Assembly: GCA_963758055.1 (NCBI GenBank)
Contig: CAVWTU010000007.1
Span: 12,503-76,502 of the forward strand
Direction: 5' to 3'
Source: an uncultured Solirubrobacteraceae bacterium
GTDB lineage: Bacteria > Actinomycetota > Thermoleophilia > Solirubrobacterales > Solirubrobacteraceae
Length of the DNA: 64,000 nt
The notes below the pieces were generated by a model. That model saw only the letters and a list, made by a program, of their open reading frames with translations, ran no database searches and was not told the origin of the DNA. Every line of letters starts with the position of its first letter. Positions within the stretch are counted from its first letter, which is position 1. The position numbers and the translations under genes are program-made. This document shows, in pieces, positions 26,245-37,736 of this stretch.

Positions 26245-27523
26245 GCATCCCCGGCACGGCCACGCCGTTCGCCACGATCGAGCAGGCGATCGAGGACATC
26301 CGCCAGGGGCGGATGGTCGTGGTGTGCGACGACGAGGACCGCGAGAACGAGGGCGACCTCACGCTCGCCGCCCAGTTCGCGACCCCCGAGGCGATCAACT
26401 TCATGGCCAAGGAGGGACGCGGCCTGATCTGCCTGTCGCTGACTCCCGAGCGCTGCGACGAGCTCGGCCTCGACCTGATGGCGGCCAAGAACGAGTCCTC
26501 CTTCGAAACCCCCTTCACGGTCTCGATCGAGGCGCGCGAGGGCGTCACCACGGGGATCTCCGCGCACGACCGCGCGCACACGATCCAGGTCGCGATCGAC
26601 CCCGCCAGCCGCCCCCGCGACCTCGTCCAGCCCGGCCACGTGTTCCCGCTCAAGAGCCGCCCGGGCGGGGTGCTCGAGCGGGCCGGCCAGACCGAGGCGG
26701 CCGTCGACCTGGCGCGCCTGGCGGGCCTGAACCCGGCCGGCGTGATCTGCGAGATCATGAACGACGACGGCACCATGGCGCGGGTCCCGGACCTGGTCGA
26801 GTACTGCGACCGCCACGGCCTGAGCATGATCACGGTCGCCGACCTGATCGCCTACCGGCGCCGCCACGACAAGCTCGTCGAACGCGTCGTCGCGACGCGT
26901 CTGCCGACCACCTTCGGCGACTTCCGGGCGGTCGGCTACCGCTCGCTGGTGGACGACAAGCACCACGTCGCGCTGGTCAAGGGCGAGGTCGCCGGGCGAG
27001 CCCGACGTGCTCGTGCGGGTCCACTCGGAGTGCCTCACCGGCGACGTCTTCCATTCGCTGCGCTGCGACTGCGGCGAGCAGCTCGAATCCGCGCTCTCGA
27101 TGATCGAGCACGAGGGCCAAGGCGTGCTGCTCTACCTCTCCCAGGAGGGGCGCGGCATCGGCCTGCTGAACAAGCTGCGCGCCTACCGGCTGCAGGAGGA
27201 GGGCCTCGACACCGTCGAGGCCAACGAGCGCCTCGGCCTGCCCGCCGACCTGCGCGACTACGGGATCGGCGCCCAGATCCTCGTCGACCTCGGGCTCGGC
27301 TCGATCCGGATCCTGACCAACAACCCGAAGAAGATCCGCGGGCTGGAGGGCTACGGGCTGTCGGTCAGCGCCCAGCTGCCGATCGAGCACGCCCCCAACG
27401 AGCACAACAAGGCGTACCTGCGCACGAAGGCCCAGCGCATGGGGCACACCCTCCACCACCAGGGCCTGAACCTCGACGAGGAGCTGCTGCACGAACGCGC
27501 AGCGCGAGCGCGGGGAGCGGTGA
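26241..27523 (+). CDS. ribBA: Bifunctional DHBP synthase / GTP cyclohydrolase II; frameshifted
   Basis: [60 protein letters not shown]. Confidence 0.95.
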
Positions 27524-27956
27524 GCGAACGCTTCGCGATCGCCGTCGGGCGCTTCTACGGGGAGCTCGCGGCGAGGCTGGAGGCGGGCGCCCGCGGCGCC
27601 TTCGAGGAGGCCGGCGTGGGCGACGTGGAGGTGCTCGAGGTCCCCGGCGCCTTCGAGCTGCCGCTGGCGGCCCACTACGCGGCCGGCAGCGGGCGCTTCG
27701 CGGGCGTCGCCTGCCTCGGCGCCGTGATCCGCGGCGAGACCGACCACTACGACTTCGTCTGCGAGCAGGCGGCCGCCGGCATCATGCGGGTCCAGCTCGA
27801 GACCGGGCGTTCCCTGTGCCTTCGGCGTGCTCACCTGCGAGACGATGGAGCAGGCGCTGGCGCGAGCCGGCGGCGACAAGCGCGACCAGGGTCGCCACGC
27901 CGCCGAGGCGGTGCATGCGGATGGCTGCGCTGCGGAGGAACGTCGCGAGCCTCTAG
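27520..27956 (+). CDS. ribH: 6,7-dimethyl-8-ribityllumazine synthase; frameshifted
   Basis: [40 protein letters not shown]...EQALARAG. Confidence 0.92.
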
Positions 27957-27967
27957 ACTGGGCGCCG

Positions 27968-28159
27968 ATGGCAAAGGTGTGTCACAGCTGCGGCAAGGGA
28001 CCGGCGTTCGGCCAGAGCCGCAGCCACTCGATGGTCGCGACCAAGCGGCGCTTCGACCCCAACCTGCAGAAGGTCAGGATCATGGTCGGGGCCGCTCCGC
28101 GGCGCGTGTACGTCTGCACCCGCTGCCTGAAAGCCGGCAAGGTCACCAAGGCCGCCTAG
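27968..28159 (+). CDS. rpmB: 50S ribosomal protein L28 (zinc-binding form)
   Basis: [34 protein letters not shown]...[11 protein letters not shown]. Confidence 0.95.
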   Translation: MAKVCHSCGKGPAFGQSRSHSMVATKRRFDPNLQKVRIMVGAAPRRVYVCTRCLKAGKVTKAA

Positions 28160-28274
28160 CGCTCCGAGCGCCCCATCCGGGGGCTCGATAGCCGCTCCGC
28201 AGGTGCCCGTCCGCGAGCCTCGCGCATACCCGAGGGGCGGCGAGGGTCCCCCGAAGGTGATAGAGGTGTCTGGC

Positions 28275-30014
28275 GTGTCCGACACCAACCTGGTCCGTTT
28301 CCGGGCCGCCGTCGCCGGTGCGCTGGCGCACCTGGAGTCGCGCCGGCAGGAGGTCAACGACCTCAACGTGTTCCCGGTCGCCGACGGCGACACCGGGGAC
28401 AACATGGCGCTCACCCTGCGCGCGGTGCTCGACGAGCTCGACCGCCTGCAGGCCGCCAACGAGGACCGCACGCTGGACGAGATCGGCCGTGAGGAGATCG
28501 TCGACTCGGTCGCGCGCGCGGCCCTGCTGGGCGCCCGTGGCAACTCCGGAGTGATCCTCTCGCAGCTGATCCGCGGGGCCGCGGAGGAGCTCGTCAGCCG
28601 CCCGGGCCAGCTGATCGACCCGACCCTGATCGGGGCCGCGCTGGCGCGTGCCGCGGACCGCGCCTACGCCTCGGTGCGCGAACCGGCCGAGGGCACGATC
28701 CTCACGGTGGCGCGCGAGATGGCGCACAGGATCGCGACCGACCTGGCCCACACCAGCGAGAACCCGAGGCTGGACCCGGGGACCCCGCCACAGGCCCAGG
28801 ACGCGATGATCGCGGCCGCGCTCGAGCACGCGGTCTCCACCGGCGAGGAATCGGTCAAACGCGGGCCGCAGATGCTGGCGGCGCTGCGCGACGCGGGCGT
28901 CGTCGACGCCGGCGGGTACGGGCTCACGATCATGTTCGCGGGGGTCGTGGCGGCGCTGCGCGGCGAGGATCCACCGCCGCTGGAGCACCACCGCCCGGCG
29001 CGCATCACCCACCCCCAGCACACCTCCGGCACCTACCGCTTCTGCACCAATTTCGCGGTCACCGGCAGTGGCCTGCAGGCCGAGCGCTTCACCACCACGC
29101 TCGAGCAACTCGGCGACTCGGTGCTGGTGGTTGGCGATGAGAGCACGCTCAAGATCCATCTGCATACCGACGACCCGGAGTCGGCGACGGCCGTGTTCGC
29201 CGATGCTGGAGAGGTCTCGCACCTGGACGTGGCGGACATGCGCCTGCAGGTCGCCGAGCGCGACGCCCGCGTGGCCGCCGACGCCGAGCCCGCCGTTGTC
29301 AATGGCTCCCACCCCTCTGCGCCGGGCGTCGGCGAGCCTCCCGCCACCGTCGCCGGCGAGACGCCTCTGCGATGCGGAGCGGTCGCGGTCACCAACGGCG
29401 ACGGGGTACGCGAGCTGTTCGAGGAGCTGGGCGTGCTGACGGTCGACGGCGGGGCGACCATGAACCCCTCCACCTACGACCTGCTGGCGGGCGTGCACGC
29501 GGTGCCAGCCGAGGAGGTCGTGCTGATGCCGAACAGCCCGAACGTGATCATGGCGGCCCAGCACGCGGCCCAGCTGTCGGACAAGGCGGTGCTGGTGGCA
29601 CCGACCACCAGCCAGCAGACGGGGCTCGTGGCCGCGCTGGCGCTGGCGCCGACGCGCTCGGTGGAGGAGAACTCGCGCACGATCGGCGATGCCCTCTCGC
29701 GGGTGCGTACGGGAGCCGTCGCGCCGGCCGCCCGTGACGACGCCCAGGGTCGCTTCAAGCGCGGCGACGCCGTCGGCTTCGTCGAGGACGAGGTGCTGGC
29801 CTGGGGCGACGCCGAGCAGACGCTGCGGGCGGTGATGGCCGAGCTCGCGCGAGGCGCCGACGCGGGGGAGGAGCCCGAGTTGATCAGCGTGCTGGCCGGC
29901 GAGGAGGCCCCGCTGACCCTCACCGAGCTCGAGCGGATGGCCAACGGCGCCGTCGAGCTCGAGCTTCGCCACGGAGGCCAGTCGGCCTACTGGTGGCTGC
30001 TCGCGGCCGAGTGA
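28275..30014 (+). CDS. DAK2-domain protein (fatty acid kinase FakA/YloV family)
   Basis: NDLNVFPVADGDTGDNM, GARGNSGVILSQ, EGTILTV, GVVDAGG, HLHTDDP, GGATMNPS, HGGQ; between rpmB and recG. Confidence 0.9.
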   Translation: MSDTNLVRFRAAVAGALAHLESRRQEVNDLNVFPVADGDTGDNMALTLRAVLDELDRLQAANEDRTLDEIGREEIVDSVARAALLGARGNSGVILSQLIRGAAEELVSRPGQLIDPTLIGAALARAADRAYASVREPAEGTILTVAREMAHRIATDLAHTSENPRLDPGTPPQAQDAMIAAALEHAVSTGEESVKRGPQMLAALRDAGVVDAGGYGLTIMFAGVVAALRGEDPPPLEHHRPARITHPQHTSGTYRFCTNFAVTGSGLQAERFTTTLEQLGDSVLVVGDESTLKIHLHTDDPESATAVFADAGEVSHLDVADMRLQVAERDARVAADAEPAVVNGSHPSAPGVGEPPATVAGETPLRCGAVAVTNGDGVRELFEELGVLTVDGGATMNPSTYDLLAGVHAVPAEEVVLMPNSPNVIMAAQHAAQLSDKAVLVAPTTSQQTGLVAALALAPTRSVEENSRTIGDALSRVRTGAVAPAARDDAQGRFKRGDAVGFVEDEVLAWGDAEQTLRAVMAELARGADAGEEPELISVLAGEEAPLTLTELERMANGAVELELRHGGQSAYWWLLAAE

Positions 30015-30057
30015 GCCGCCGGCAGACGCCGACGACGCGATCATCATCTCCAGGCAC

Positions 30058-32298
30058 ATGCAGGCAACCGCCACGGACAGCGCGCCCGCCCGTGGAGCGG
30101 GTGAGCCGGCGCCGCCGCCCGACACGGTGCGGGCCTTCGGCTCGGGTGAGCCCCTGCCCCGTGAGCGCCTGCTCGGCGCGCCGGTGCGCTGGCCGCGGCC
30201 ATCGCGGCTGGCGGCCCCGCTGAGCCTGCAGGGCAAGCGCATGGCGGCCGGCGCCGCGGCACTCGGGCTGGACACGGTCGGGGACCTGCTGCTGCACCTG
30301 CCCAGCGACAGTCGCGAGTCGCGCACGCTGTCGGAGCTGCGCGCCGGGGAGCCGGCGACGGTGGAGGTGGTGGTGCGTTCGATCGCCGCGCGGCCCGTTC
30401 GCCGGCGGGGGATGCGCCCGCTGGTGGAGGCCCGCGTGGCCGACCCCAGCGGATCGCTGCGGGTGCGCTTCTTCAACCAGCCCTGGCTGGTCGATCGCTA
30501 TCCGCCCGGAACGAGGCTGCTGCTGCACGGCAAGCCCGACGGCCGTGGCGGCTTCGGCGTCTCCCACCACGCTCCGGCCGGCGGCGAGGGCGAGCTCACG
30601 CACGCAGCCGGCCCGAGCCCCGGTGGCCCGGGAGGGACGGTCGCCCACTATCCGGCCAGCGAGGGTCTCAGCTCGACCCAGATCCTCACGCTCGTACGCG
30701 GCGCACGCGGCTCGCTGGCGGACTTCCCGGAGCTGCTGCCCACGGCGCTGCGGGTGGCGGACGGGTTCCCGGACAAGCCGGCGGCGCTGGGGGCGGCCCA
30801 CTTCGCCGAGGACGAGGACGAACGCGAGCGCGCACGCCGCCGGCTGGCCTTCGAGGAGCTGCTGTTCAGCCAGCTGCTGTTCCTGCGCCGTCGCTCGCGC
30901 CGGCGCTCCCGGACCGGTGCGGCCGAGCTGTGCGAGCAGCCGCAGCTGACCGAGCGCTGGCTGGCCGAAGGGCTGCCGTTCACGCTCACCGCCGATCAGC
31001 GGCGGGCGATCGCTGAGATCGCCGGCGACCTCGAGCGGAGCGCGCCGATGCAGCGGCTGCTGATGGGGGAGGTGGGCAGCGGCAAGACGGTGATCGCCCT
31101 CTACGCGATGCTGCGCGCGGTCGAGCACGGCAGCCAGGCGGCGATGATGGCCCCCACCGAGACGCTCGCCGAGCAGCACTTCGCCACGATCCAGCTGCTG
31201 CTGGGCTCCGAGTCGGTGTCGGCGGCGCTGCTGACGGGCTCGACGCCGGCGCGGCGGCGGCGGGAGGTGCTGGCGAGGCTCGCCAGCGGGGAGCTCTCGC
31301 TGGTCGTCGGCACGCACGCCCTGATCGAGCCCGACGTCGAGTTCGCCGATCTGGCGCTGGCGGTCGTCGACGAGCAGCACCGCTTCGGGGTGCGCCAGCG
31401 GGCGGCGCTCAGCGAGCGCCCCGGGCGCCGTCCGGTGCACACCCTGCACATGACCGCCACGCCGATCCCGCGCACGCTCGCGCTGGCCCGCTACGGCGAC
31501 CTCGACACCACCCTGCTGCGCGAACGGCCCGCCGGGCGCCCGCCGGCGGACACGCTGCTGGCCTTCGGCGAGCAGGAGCGGTCGGCGGCCTATGAGCAGC
31601 TCCGCGGCGAGCTGCGAGCCGGGCGCCAGGCCTACGTCGTGTGCCCGCTGATCGAGGAGGGCGAGACCGCCGGTGACACCGTGCCCTCGGCCGGCGAGGA
31701 GCTGCGGGCCGCGCGCAGCGAGCTGGTGCGGCTGTCCGCGGGAGAGCTGGCGGACTTCAAGCTCGTGCTGCTGCACGGCGGGATGCGCCCGCGCGAGAAG
31801 CAGGAGGCGATGAGCGCCTTCTCCACCGGCGCCGCGGACGTGCTGATCGCGACCACCGTGATCGAGGTCGGCATCGACGTGCCCAACGCGACGGTGATGC
31901 TGATCGAGAACGCCGAGCGCTTCGGGATCTCCCAGCTGCACCAGCTGCGGGGCAGGGTCGGCCGCGGCGAGCACGCTTCGTTCTGCTACTTGCTCGGGCC
32001 GGCCGCAGCCCGGCGCTCGGCGCGTCTACGGGCGCTGGCCGAGCACTCCGACGGCTTCCGCCTGGCCGAGATCGACCTGCGCCTGCGCAGCCAGGGGGAA
32101 CTCGTCGGCACGCGCCAGTCCGGCGTCGGCAGCTACCGCTTCGCACGGCTGCCCGAGGACGAGCAGCTGCTGGAGCTGGCACGCCGCCACGGCGAGCTGA
32201 TGACCGCCGCGGACCCGGAGCTGAGCTCTCCCGAGCACGCCCTGCTGGGGGCATGGCTGGCGGCCGGGGGCGAGCTGGAGCAGCCGCTCGCGGCCTAG
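30058..32298 (+). CDS. recG: ATP-dependent DNA helicase RecG
   Basis: FFNQPW, RLAFEEL, MQRLLMGEVGSGKT, VDEQHRFGVRQR, MTATPIPRTL, TTVIEVGIDVPNA, QLHQLRGRVGRG. Confidence 0.96.
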   Translation: MQATATDSAPARGAGEPAPPPDTVRAFGSGEPLPRERLLGAPVRWPRPSRLAAPLSLQGKRMAAGAAALGLDTVGDLLLHLPSDSRESRTLSELRAGEPATVEVVVRSIAARPVRRRGMRPLVEARVADPSGSLRVRFFNQPWLVDRYPPGTRLLLHGKPDGRGGFGVSHHAPAGGEGELTHAAGPSPGGPGGTVAHYPASEGLSSTQILTLVRGARGSLADFPELLPTALRVADGFPDKPAALGAAHFAEDEDERERARRRLAFEELLFSQLLFLRRRSRRRSRTGAAELCEQPQLTERWLAEGLPFTLTADQRRAIAEIAGDLERSAPMQRLLMGEVGSGKTVIALYAMLRAVEHGSQAAMMAPTETLAEQHFATIQLLLGSESVSAALLTGSTPARRRREVLARLASGELSLVVGTHALIEPDVEFADLALAVVDEQHRFGVRQRAALSERPGRRPVHTLHMTATPIPRTLALARYGDLDTTLLRERPAGRPPADTLLAFGEQERSAAYEQLRGELRAGRQAYVVCPLIEEGETAGDTVPSAGEELRAARSELVRLSAGELADFKLVLLHGGMRPREKQEAMSAFSTGAADVLIATTVIEVGIDVPNATVMLIENAERFGISQLHQLRGRVGRGEHASFCYLLGPAAARRSARLRALAEHSDGFRLAEIDLRLRSQGELVGTRQSGVGSYRFARLPEDEQLLELARRHGELMTAADPELSSPEHALLGAWLAAGGELEQPLAA

Positions 32299-32309
32299 AT
32301 GGTCATCTG

Positions 32310-32852
32310 GTGCGGGTGATCGCGGGCAGCCTCGGCGGGCGGCGTCTGAAGTCGCCCCCCGGGAGGACCACGAGGCCCACCTCCGATCGCGTGAAGGAGG
32401 CGCTGTTCGCGATGCTCGAGCCGCTCGAGGGCGAGCGCGTGATGGACCTGTTCGCGGGCAGCGGGGCACTCGGCATCGAGGCGCTCTCACGCGGGGCGCG
32501 GGCGGCCGTGTTCGTCGAGCGGGACGCCGCTGCGGCCCGTGTCCTGGCCGAGAACCTGGAGCTCCTGGGGCTGGCTGGGGAGCGTGCCGAGATCCGGCGA
32601 GCGGAGGCGCTCGCAGCGCTCGCCAGGGCCCGCGAGCGCAAAGAGACATACGATCTGGTGCTGATCGATCCCCCCTACCAGATGGCCGGCGAGATGCGCG
32701 AGGTGCTTGCCCAGATCGTGCCCCCGCTGCTGTCCGCAGGCGCGCGGGTGGCGATCGAGAGCGACCGCCGCGCGCCACTCGAGCTCGACCTCGAGGTGGA
32801 GCGTCGCCGACGCTACGGGGACACTTGCATCACAATTCAGCGCCAGCCATGA
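32310..32852 (+). CDS. rsmD: 16S rRNA m2G966 methyltransferase RsmD
   Basis: RVIAGSLGGRRL, TRPTSDRVKEALF, DLFAGSGALGIEALSRGA, DPPY, RRYGDT. Confidence 0.93.
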   Translation: MRVIAGSLGGRRLKSPPGRTTRPTSDRVKEALFAMLEPLEGERVMDLFAGSGALGIEALSRGARAAVFVERDAAAARVLAENLELLGLAGERAEIRRAEALAALARARERKETYDLVLIDPPYQMAGEMREVLAQIVPPLLSAGARVAIESDRRAPLELDLEVERRRRYGDTCITIQRQP

Positions 32853-33349
32853 CCCCATCGACCCCCAGCATCGCCGTCTGCCCCGGCTCCTATGACCCCG
32901 TGACCAACGGGCACCTCGACGTCATCCGCCGCACGTCGAACCTCTACGACGAGGTCGTGGTGGCGGTCGTCAACCGCTCGGTGCGCAAGAGCGGCGCGCT
33001 GTTCGGGATCGAGGAGCGGATCGGTTTCATCGAACGCGCACTGGCCGGCGTGGAGGGTGTCCGGGTGGAGCCGTTCTCGACGCTGGTGGTGGATTTCGCC
33101 CGCGCCGTGGGCGCCAGCGCGATCGTCAAGGGGCTGCGTGCGATCTCGGACTTCGAGTACGAGCTGGAGATGAACCAGCTCAACCGGCGGCAGGACCCGG
33201 GGATCGAGTCCGTCTACCTGATGGCCAGCCCGCAGTACAGTTTCCTGTCATCCAGCGGAGTAAAGGAGCTCGCGACCTTCGGGGGCCGCATCGACGACCT
33301 CGTGCCGGACGAGGTTGCGCGCCGCTTGCAGGAGGAGCTGGCACGATGA
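32849..33349 (+). CDS. coaD: Phosphopantetheine adenylyltransferase
   Basis: CPGSYDPVTNGHLDVI, KGLRAISDFEYE, SFLSSSGVKE. Confidence 0.96.
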   Translation: MTPSTPSIAVCPGSYDPVTNGHLDVIRRTSNLYDEVVVAVVNRSVRKSGALFGIEERIGFIERALAGVEGVRVEPFSTLVVDFARAVGASAIVKGLRAISDFEYELEMNQLNRRQDPGIESVYLMASPQYSFLSSSGVKELATFGGRIDDLVPDEVARRLQEELAR

Positions 33350-33382
33350 AGAATGCAGTGGTACCCACGGAGGTGACCGGTT

Positions 33383-33848
33383 ATGGATGTCCTGGTGCTC
33401 ATAGACAAGCTCGACGATCTGGTGCACAACGCCAAGCCGATCCCGCTGAGCGACTCCGGTGCGCGTGGACAAGGAGGAGATCTACGACATCCTCGACCAG
33501 ATGCGCGCCACGATCCCCGAGGAGATCAAGCAGGCGCGCTGGATCGTCAAGGAGCGCCAGGAGATGCTCGCCGAGGCCAAGAAGGAGGCCGAGCGGATCA
33601 TCAAGGAGGCGCGCGAGCGCCAGGAGCGGCTGGTCGGCGAGGAGGAGATCACCAAGCAGGCCGAGCGCGCCGCCGAGGACATCATCGAGGACGCCCGCGC
33701 CCGCGAGCGCGAGATCCGGCTCGGCGCCGAGGACTACGCCGACGAGATCCTCAACACGCTCGAGGTCAACCTCTCGAAGTTCATCGCGGCCGTGCAGCGC
33801 GGCCGCGAGCGCCTGCAGGGCAAGGACGAGCCGGCCGAAGTCGGCTAG
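33383..33848 (+). CDS. Conserved coiled-coil protein (DivIVA/ATP synthase b-like) usually found after coaD; one frameshift
   Basis: MDVLVLIDKLDDLVHNAKPIPL then VDKEEIYDILDQMRATIPEEIKQARWIVKER. Confidence 0.75.
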
Positions 33849-33916
33849 GCGAGCCGCCCGTGCCCGCAGGGCGGGCCCGGTGCAGCTTCCGACGACGGCG
33901 GGGTAGGGTCATGCTC

Positions 33917-35549
33917 GTGGACTCCCGTGCGGTGAAACAGCGACTGAGGGCGGCCAAGGTGCTGCTCGACCGGGATGCTCGCGCCGACCCGCCCGTCGCG
34001 GGCGATCCGCTCGATGGGCGTGACTGCGCCGCTGGGGGCTGACGCCGGCGGCCGCCTACGGCAGCGTGGCCGCCCGCTACCCGGACCGTGCCGCGCTGGT
34101 CGACGAGCGCGGCGTGCTCACCTTCGAGCAGGTCGACCGGCGCACCAACGCGCTCGCTCGCGGCCTGCGCCGGGCCGGTGTCGCGGAAGGCGACGGCGTC
34201 GCGATCATGGGCCGCAACCATCGCGGCTTCATCGAGGCGACGGCGGCGGCGTCGAAGCTCGGCGCCGGCGCGCTGTACCTGAACACCGCCTTCGCCGGCC
34301 CGCAGATCGCCGACGTGATCGCCCGCGAGGATCCGGTGGCCGTGATCTACGACGAGGAGTTCACCGGGCTGGTGGGCGATGGCGCTCGCGGGCGCACCTG
34401 CCTGCTGTCGTGGAGCGATTCGGACGGCGGGGGCGCCGCCGGCGACGCGGTGCCGCGGCTCGACGAGCTGATCGAGGCCAACGAAGACGGGCCCTTGCAG
34501 CCGCCGGCCGAGCCGGGCCGCACGGTGATCCTCACGTCGGGCACGACCGGCACGCCGAAGGGGGCCGCCCGCGCGGCAGCCCGACTCGCTCGAGCCGGTC
34601 GCCGCGCTGTTTTCGAAGATCCCGCTGCGGGCCCGCGAGACCACGATGATCGCCGCGCCGCTGTTCCACTCCTGGGGCTTCGCCCACTTCACGCTCGCGC
34701 TGCCACTGGCCTCGACGATGGTGCTGCGCCGGCGCTTCGACCCCGAGGACACGCTGCGTGCGGTCGCCCACCACCGGCGCCACGGCGCTCGTGCTCGTGC
34801 CGGTGATGCTGCAGCGGATCCTCGAGCTCGGCGAGGAGACGATCGCGCGCTACGACACCAGCTCGCTGCGGATCATCGCCCTCAGCGGCTCGGCGCTGCC
34901 GGGCGAGCTCGCGACGCGCGCGATGGACGCGTTCGGCGACGTGCTCTACAACCTCTACGGCTCGACCGAGGTCGCGTGGGCCACGATCGCCACGCCCGCG
35001 GATCTGCGCGCGGCTCCGGGCACCGCCGGCACGCCCGCCGATGGGCACCGTCGTGAAGCTGCTCGACGAGCGAGGGCCGCGAGGTGCCACGCGGGCGAGA
35101 CGGGGCGCATCTTCGTCGGCAACGAGATGGTCTTCGAGGGCTACACCGGCGGCGGCGGCAAGGAGGTCGATCGACGGCCTGATGAGCACCGGCGACGTCG
35201 GGCGCTTCGACGCCGGCGGGCGCCTGTTCGTCGAGGGCCGCGACGACGAAATGATCGTCTGCGGCGGCGAGAACGTGTTCCCGCGCGAGGTCGAGGACCT
35301 GCTCGCCGACCACGACGGCGTCGAGGAGGTCGCGGTCGTGGGGGTCGACGACGCGCGAGTTCGGCCAGCGCCTGACGGCCTTCGTCGTGCCGCGCAACGG
35401 CGCGCAGCTCACTGAGCGAGGATGAGTCCAGACGCACGTGCGCGCGAACCTCGCCCGCTACAAGGTGCCGCGCGAGGTCGATCTTCATGGACGAGCTGCC
35501 GCGCAACGCCACCGGCAAGATCCTCAAGCGCGAGCTCCAGCAGCGCTGA
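33917..35549 (+). CDS. Acyl-CoA synthetase (AMP-binding, FadD-like); multiple frameshifts
   Basis: ILTSGTTGTPKGA, APLFHSWG, YNLYGSTE, TGDVG, GRDDEMI..GGENVFPREVE, LARYKVPR, LPRNATGKILKREL. Confidence 0.88.
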
Positions 35550-35608
35550 GCGCTCGCGCGGTCGACGCCGAGGGCGGCCGCGCCGCCGGGCTCGCTAGCC
35601 TCTCTCGC

Positions 35609-36157
35609 ATGGCTGCCGAGACCGATGAGTTCGATCTCGCCGGGCTGCGCCTGAGCGCCGGCGAGGGCCGCCGGCTGTCGCTGGAGGTGCCGATCGAGCC
35701 GCTGTGACCTCGGCAGCGAGAGCTACCGCGCCGGAGCCCGCGCCGCGTCCCCGTGCGAGCTCGACGTCTCGCGCATGATCGGCGGCGGGTACGCGCTGCG
35801 CTGCGCTTCACCGCGGCGCGTCGCGGGTCCGTGCATGCGCTGCCTCGACGCCGGCCGCGCCGGCGGTCGAGGTGGAGGCGCGCGAGGTCGACCGCCCGGG
35901 CGGCGGCGAGGAGCTCGAGAGCCCCTACGTCAAGGGCGAGATGCTCGATCTGGCGGCCTGGGCGCGCGATGCGTTCGTGCTCGCGCTGCCGGCGAAGATC
36001 CTCTGCCGCGAGGACTGCGCGGGCCTGTGCCCGGAGTGCGCCGCGGACCTCAACGAGGCCGGGCCGGAGCACCACCACGAGCGCCGCCGGACCCCCGCTG
36101 GGCGAAGCTCAGCGAGCTGCAAGCTCGAGAGAGCGGAGGCGCCAGCGCTGCTGGTAG
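35609..36157 (+). CDS. DUF177/YceD family protein; frameshifted; end approximate
   Basis: GPCMRCL, LDLAAWARDAFVLALPAKILCREDCAGLCPECAADLN, DPRWAKLSEL; directly before rpmF. Confidence 0.82.
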
Positions 36158-36172
36158 CCTGTCCTCAGCTCC

Positions 36173-36382
36173 ATGGCCGTCCCCAAGAAAAAGCAGTCGC
36201 ACAGCCGCACGGCCAAGCGCCGCGCCCAGCACAAGATCATCGCGCCCGCGGTGAACGCGTGCCCGCAGTGCCACAGCCCGCGCCGGCCCCACCGTGTGTG
36301 CCCGGTGTGCGGCTTCTACGCCGGCCGTGAGGTCGTCGGCGCCGGCGCGCACGATCACGACCACGATCACGACCACTCCTAG
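36173..36382 (+). CDS. rpmF: 50S ribosomal protein L32 with His/Asp-repeat tail
   Basis: MAVPKKKQSHSRTAKRRAQ...CPQC...PHRVCPVCGFYAGREV, then AHDHDHDHDHS. Confidence 0.95.
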   Translation: MAVPKKKQSHSRTAKRRAQHKIIAPAVNACPQCHSPRRPHRVCPVCGFYAGREVVGAGAHDHDHDHDHS

Positions 36383-36386
36383 CGCG

Positions 36387-37473
36387 ATGGCGCTGAGGGG
36401 CTTCGCCCCTCGCCGGCACGCGCGCGGCGAACGGGAGCCGGTCGTCGCGGTCGACTGCAACGGCGCGGACCTCGGCCCGCGCCGAGGTCGCGGCGGGCGC
36501 GGCGCTCGCCGCCGCGCGCGGCGTGCAGCGTGCTGCTGTTCGGGCCCGCGGCGCGAGATCGGCGAGCTGCCGCCGGGCGTCGAGGTCGATCGATGCGCCC
36601 GTCTCGATCGCAAAGGCGCCCGACCCGGTGCGGGCGGCACGCACCACGCCCGAGGCGTCGATCGTGCAGGCCGCCCGGGCGGTGGCCGACGGCCGCGCCC
36701 AGGCGCTCGTGTGCGCCGGCGGGACCGGCGCGGCGCTGGCGGCCGGGACTGTTCAACATCAAGCGCGCGCCGCGGCATCTACCGCCCGGCGCTGGCGCTC
36801 CCGCTGCCCGGTCCCGGGGCACCCGGTGACGCTGCTCGACGTCGGCGCGAACGCCGAGGCGCGGCGCGAGCACCTGCGTGCAGTTCGCCTACATGGGCGC
36901 GGCGCTCGCGCGTACGGTGCTGGGCGTGCAGCGACCGCGCGTCGGGCTGCTGTCCAACGGCGAGGAGCCGGCGCGCGGCAGCGCGCTGGTGCGTCGAGAT
37001 CCACGCCGAGCTGGCGAGCGCGCCGGACGGCGGCGGCGGGCTCGAGTTCGTCGGCAACGTCGAGGGCGGGCGACGTCGTCGCGGGCGTGGCCGACGTGAT
37101 CGTGACCGACGGCTTCACCGGCAACATCGCGCTGAAGCTGATCGAGGGCGTCTCACAGACGATGCTCGGCGCGGTCCGCGACGCCGCGATGCTCCTCGGT
37201 GCGCGGCAAGGTCGGCGGCCTGCTGCTGCGCGGGGCGCTCGGCGGCTTTCGCGAGGAGATCGACCCGGAGACCTCACGGCGGCGCCTACCTGCTCGGCTT
37301 GCGCCGCCTGGGCGGTCGTGCCCCACGGGCGTTTCACCCGCCGTGGCTTCGCCCAGGCGATCGTGCGCGCGCGAGCGCGGAGCCGCGGCGAGGACTGGTG
37401 GGGAGCACCCAGCGGGCGCTCGAGCGCGGCCGGCGCGCTCAAGCGCCCGCCCGTGTCCGCGCAGGCCGTCTAG
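36387..37473 (+). CDS. plsX: Phosphate acyltransferase PlsX; heavily frameshifted
   Basis: [72 protein letters not shown]. Confidence 0.88.
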
Positions 37474-37485
37474 CCTCCCGCGTCC

Positions 37486-37736
37486 ATGAGCGATCCGCGA
37501 CGCGCGAGCAGGTGTTCGAGCTGATCCGCTCCCACCTGGCGGACGAGCTCGACGTGGATCCCGCCGTGATCGTCGAGACGACGCGCTTCAAGGACGATCT
37601 CGAGGCCGACTCGCTGGATCTGTATACGCTCGTGCAGGAGCTGGAGGACACATACGGGGTGAGCATGACCGACGAGCAGGCCGCACAGATCCTGACCGTC
37701 GGCGCGGCCGTGGATTTCGTGCTCGCACATGAGTGA
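37486..37736 (+). CDS. acpP: Acyl carrier protein; frameshift near the start
   Basis: TRFKDDLEADSLDLYTLVQELEDTYGV...ILTVGAAVDFV (DSL phosphopantetheine site). Confidence 0.92.

Noticed and set aside
27007-28191. Apparent RibA-RibH fusion in one ORF
   Set aside because: A GTGA start/stop overlap at 27520-27523 and nearby indels explain it as two normal genes joined by an error
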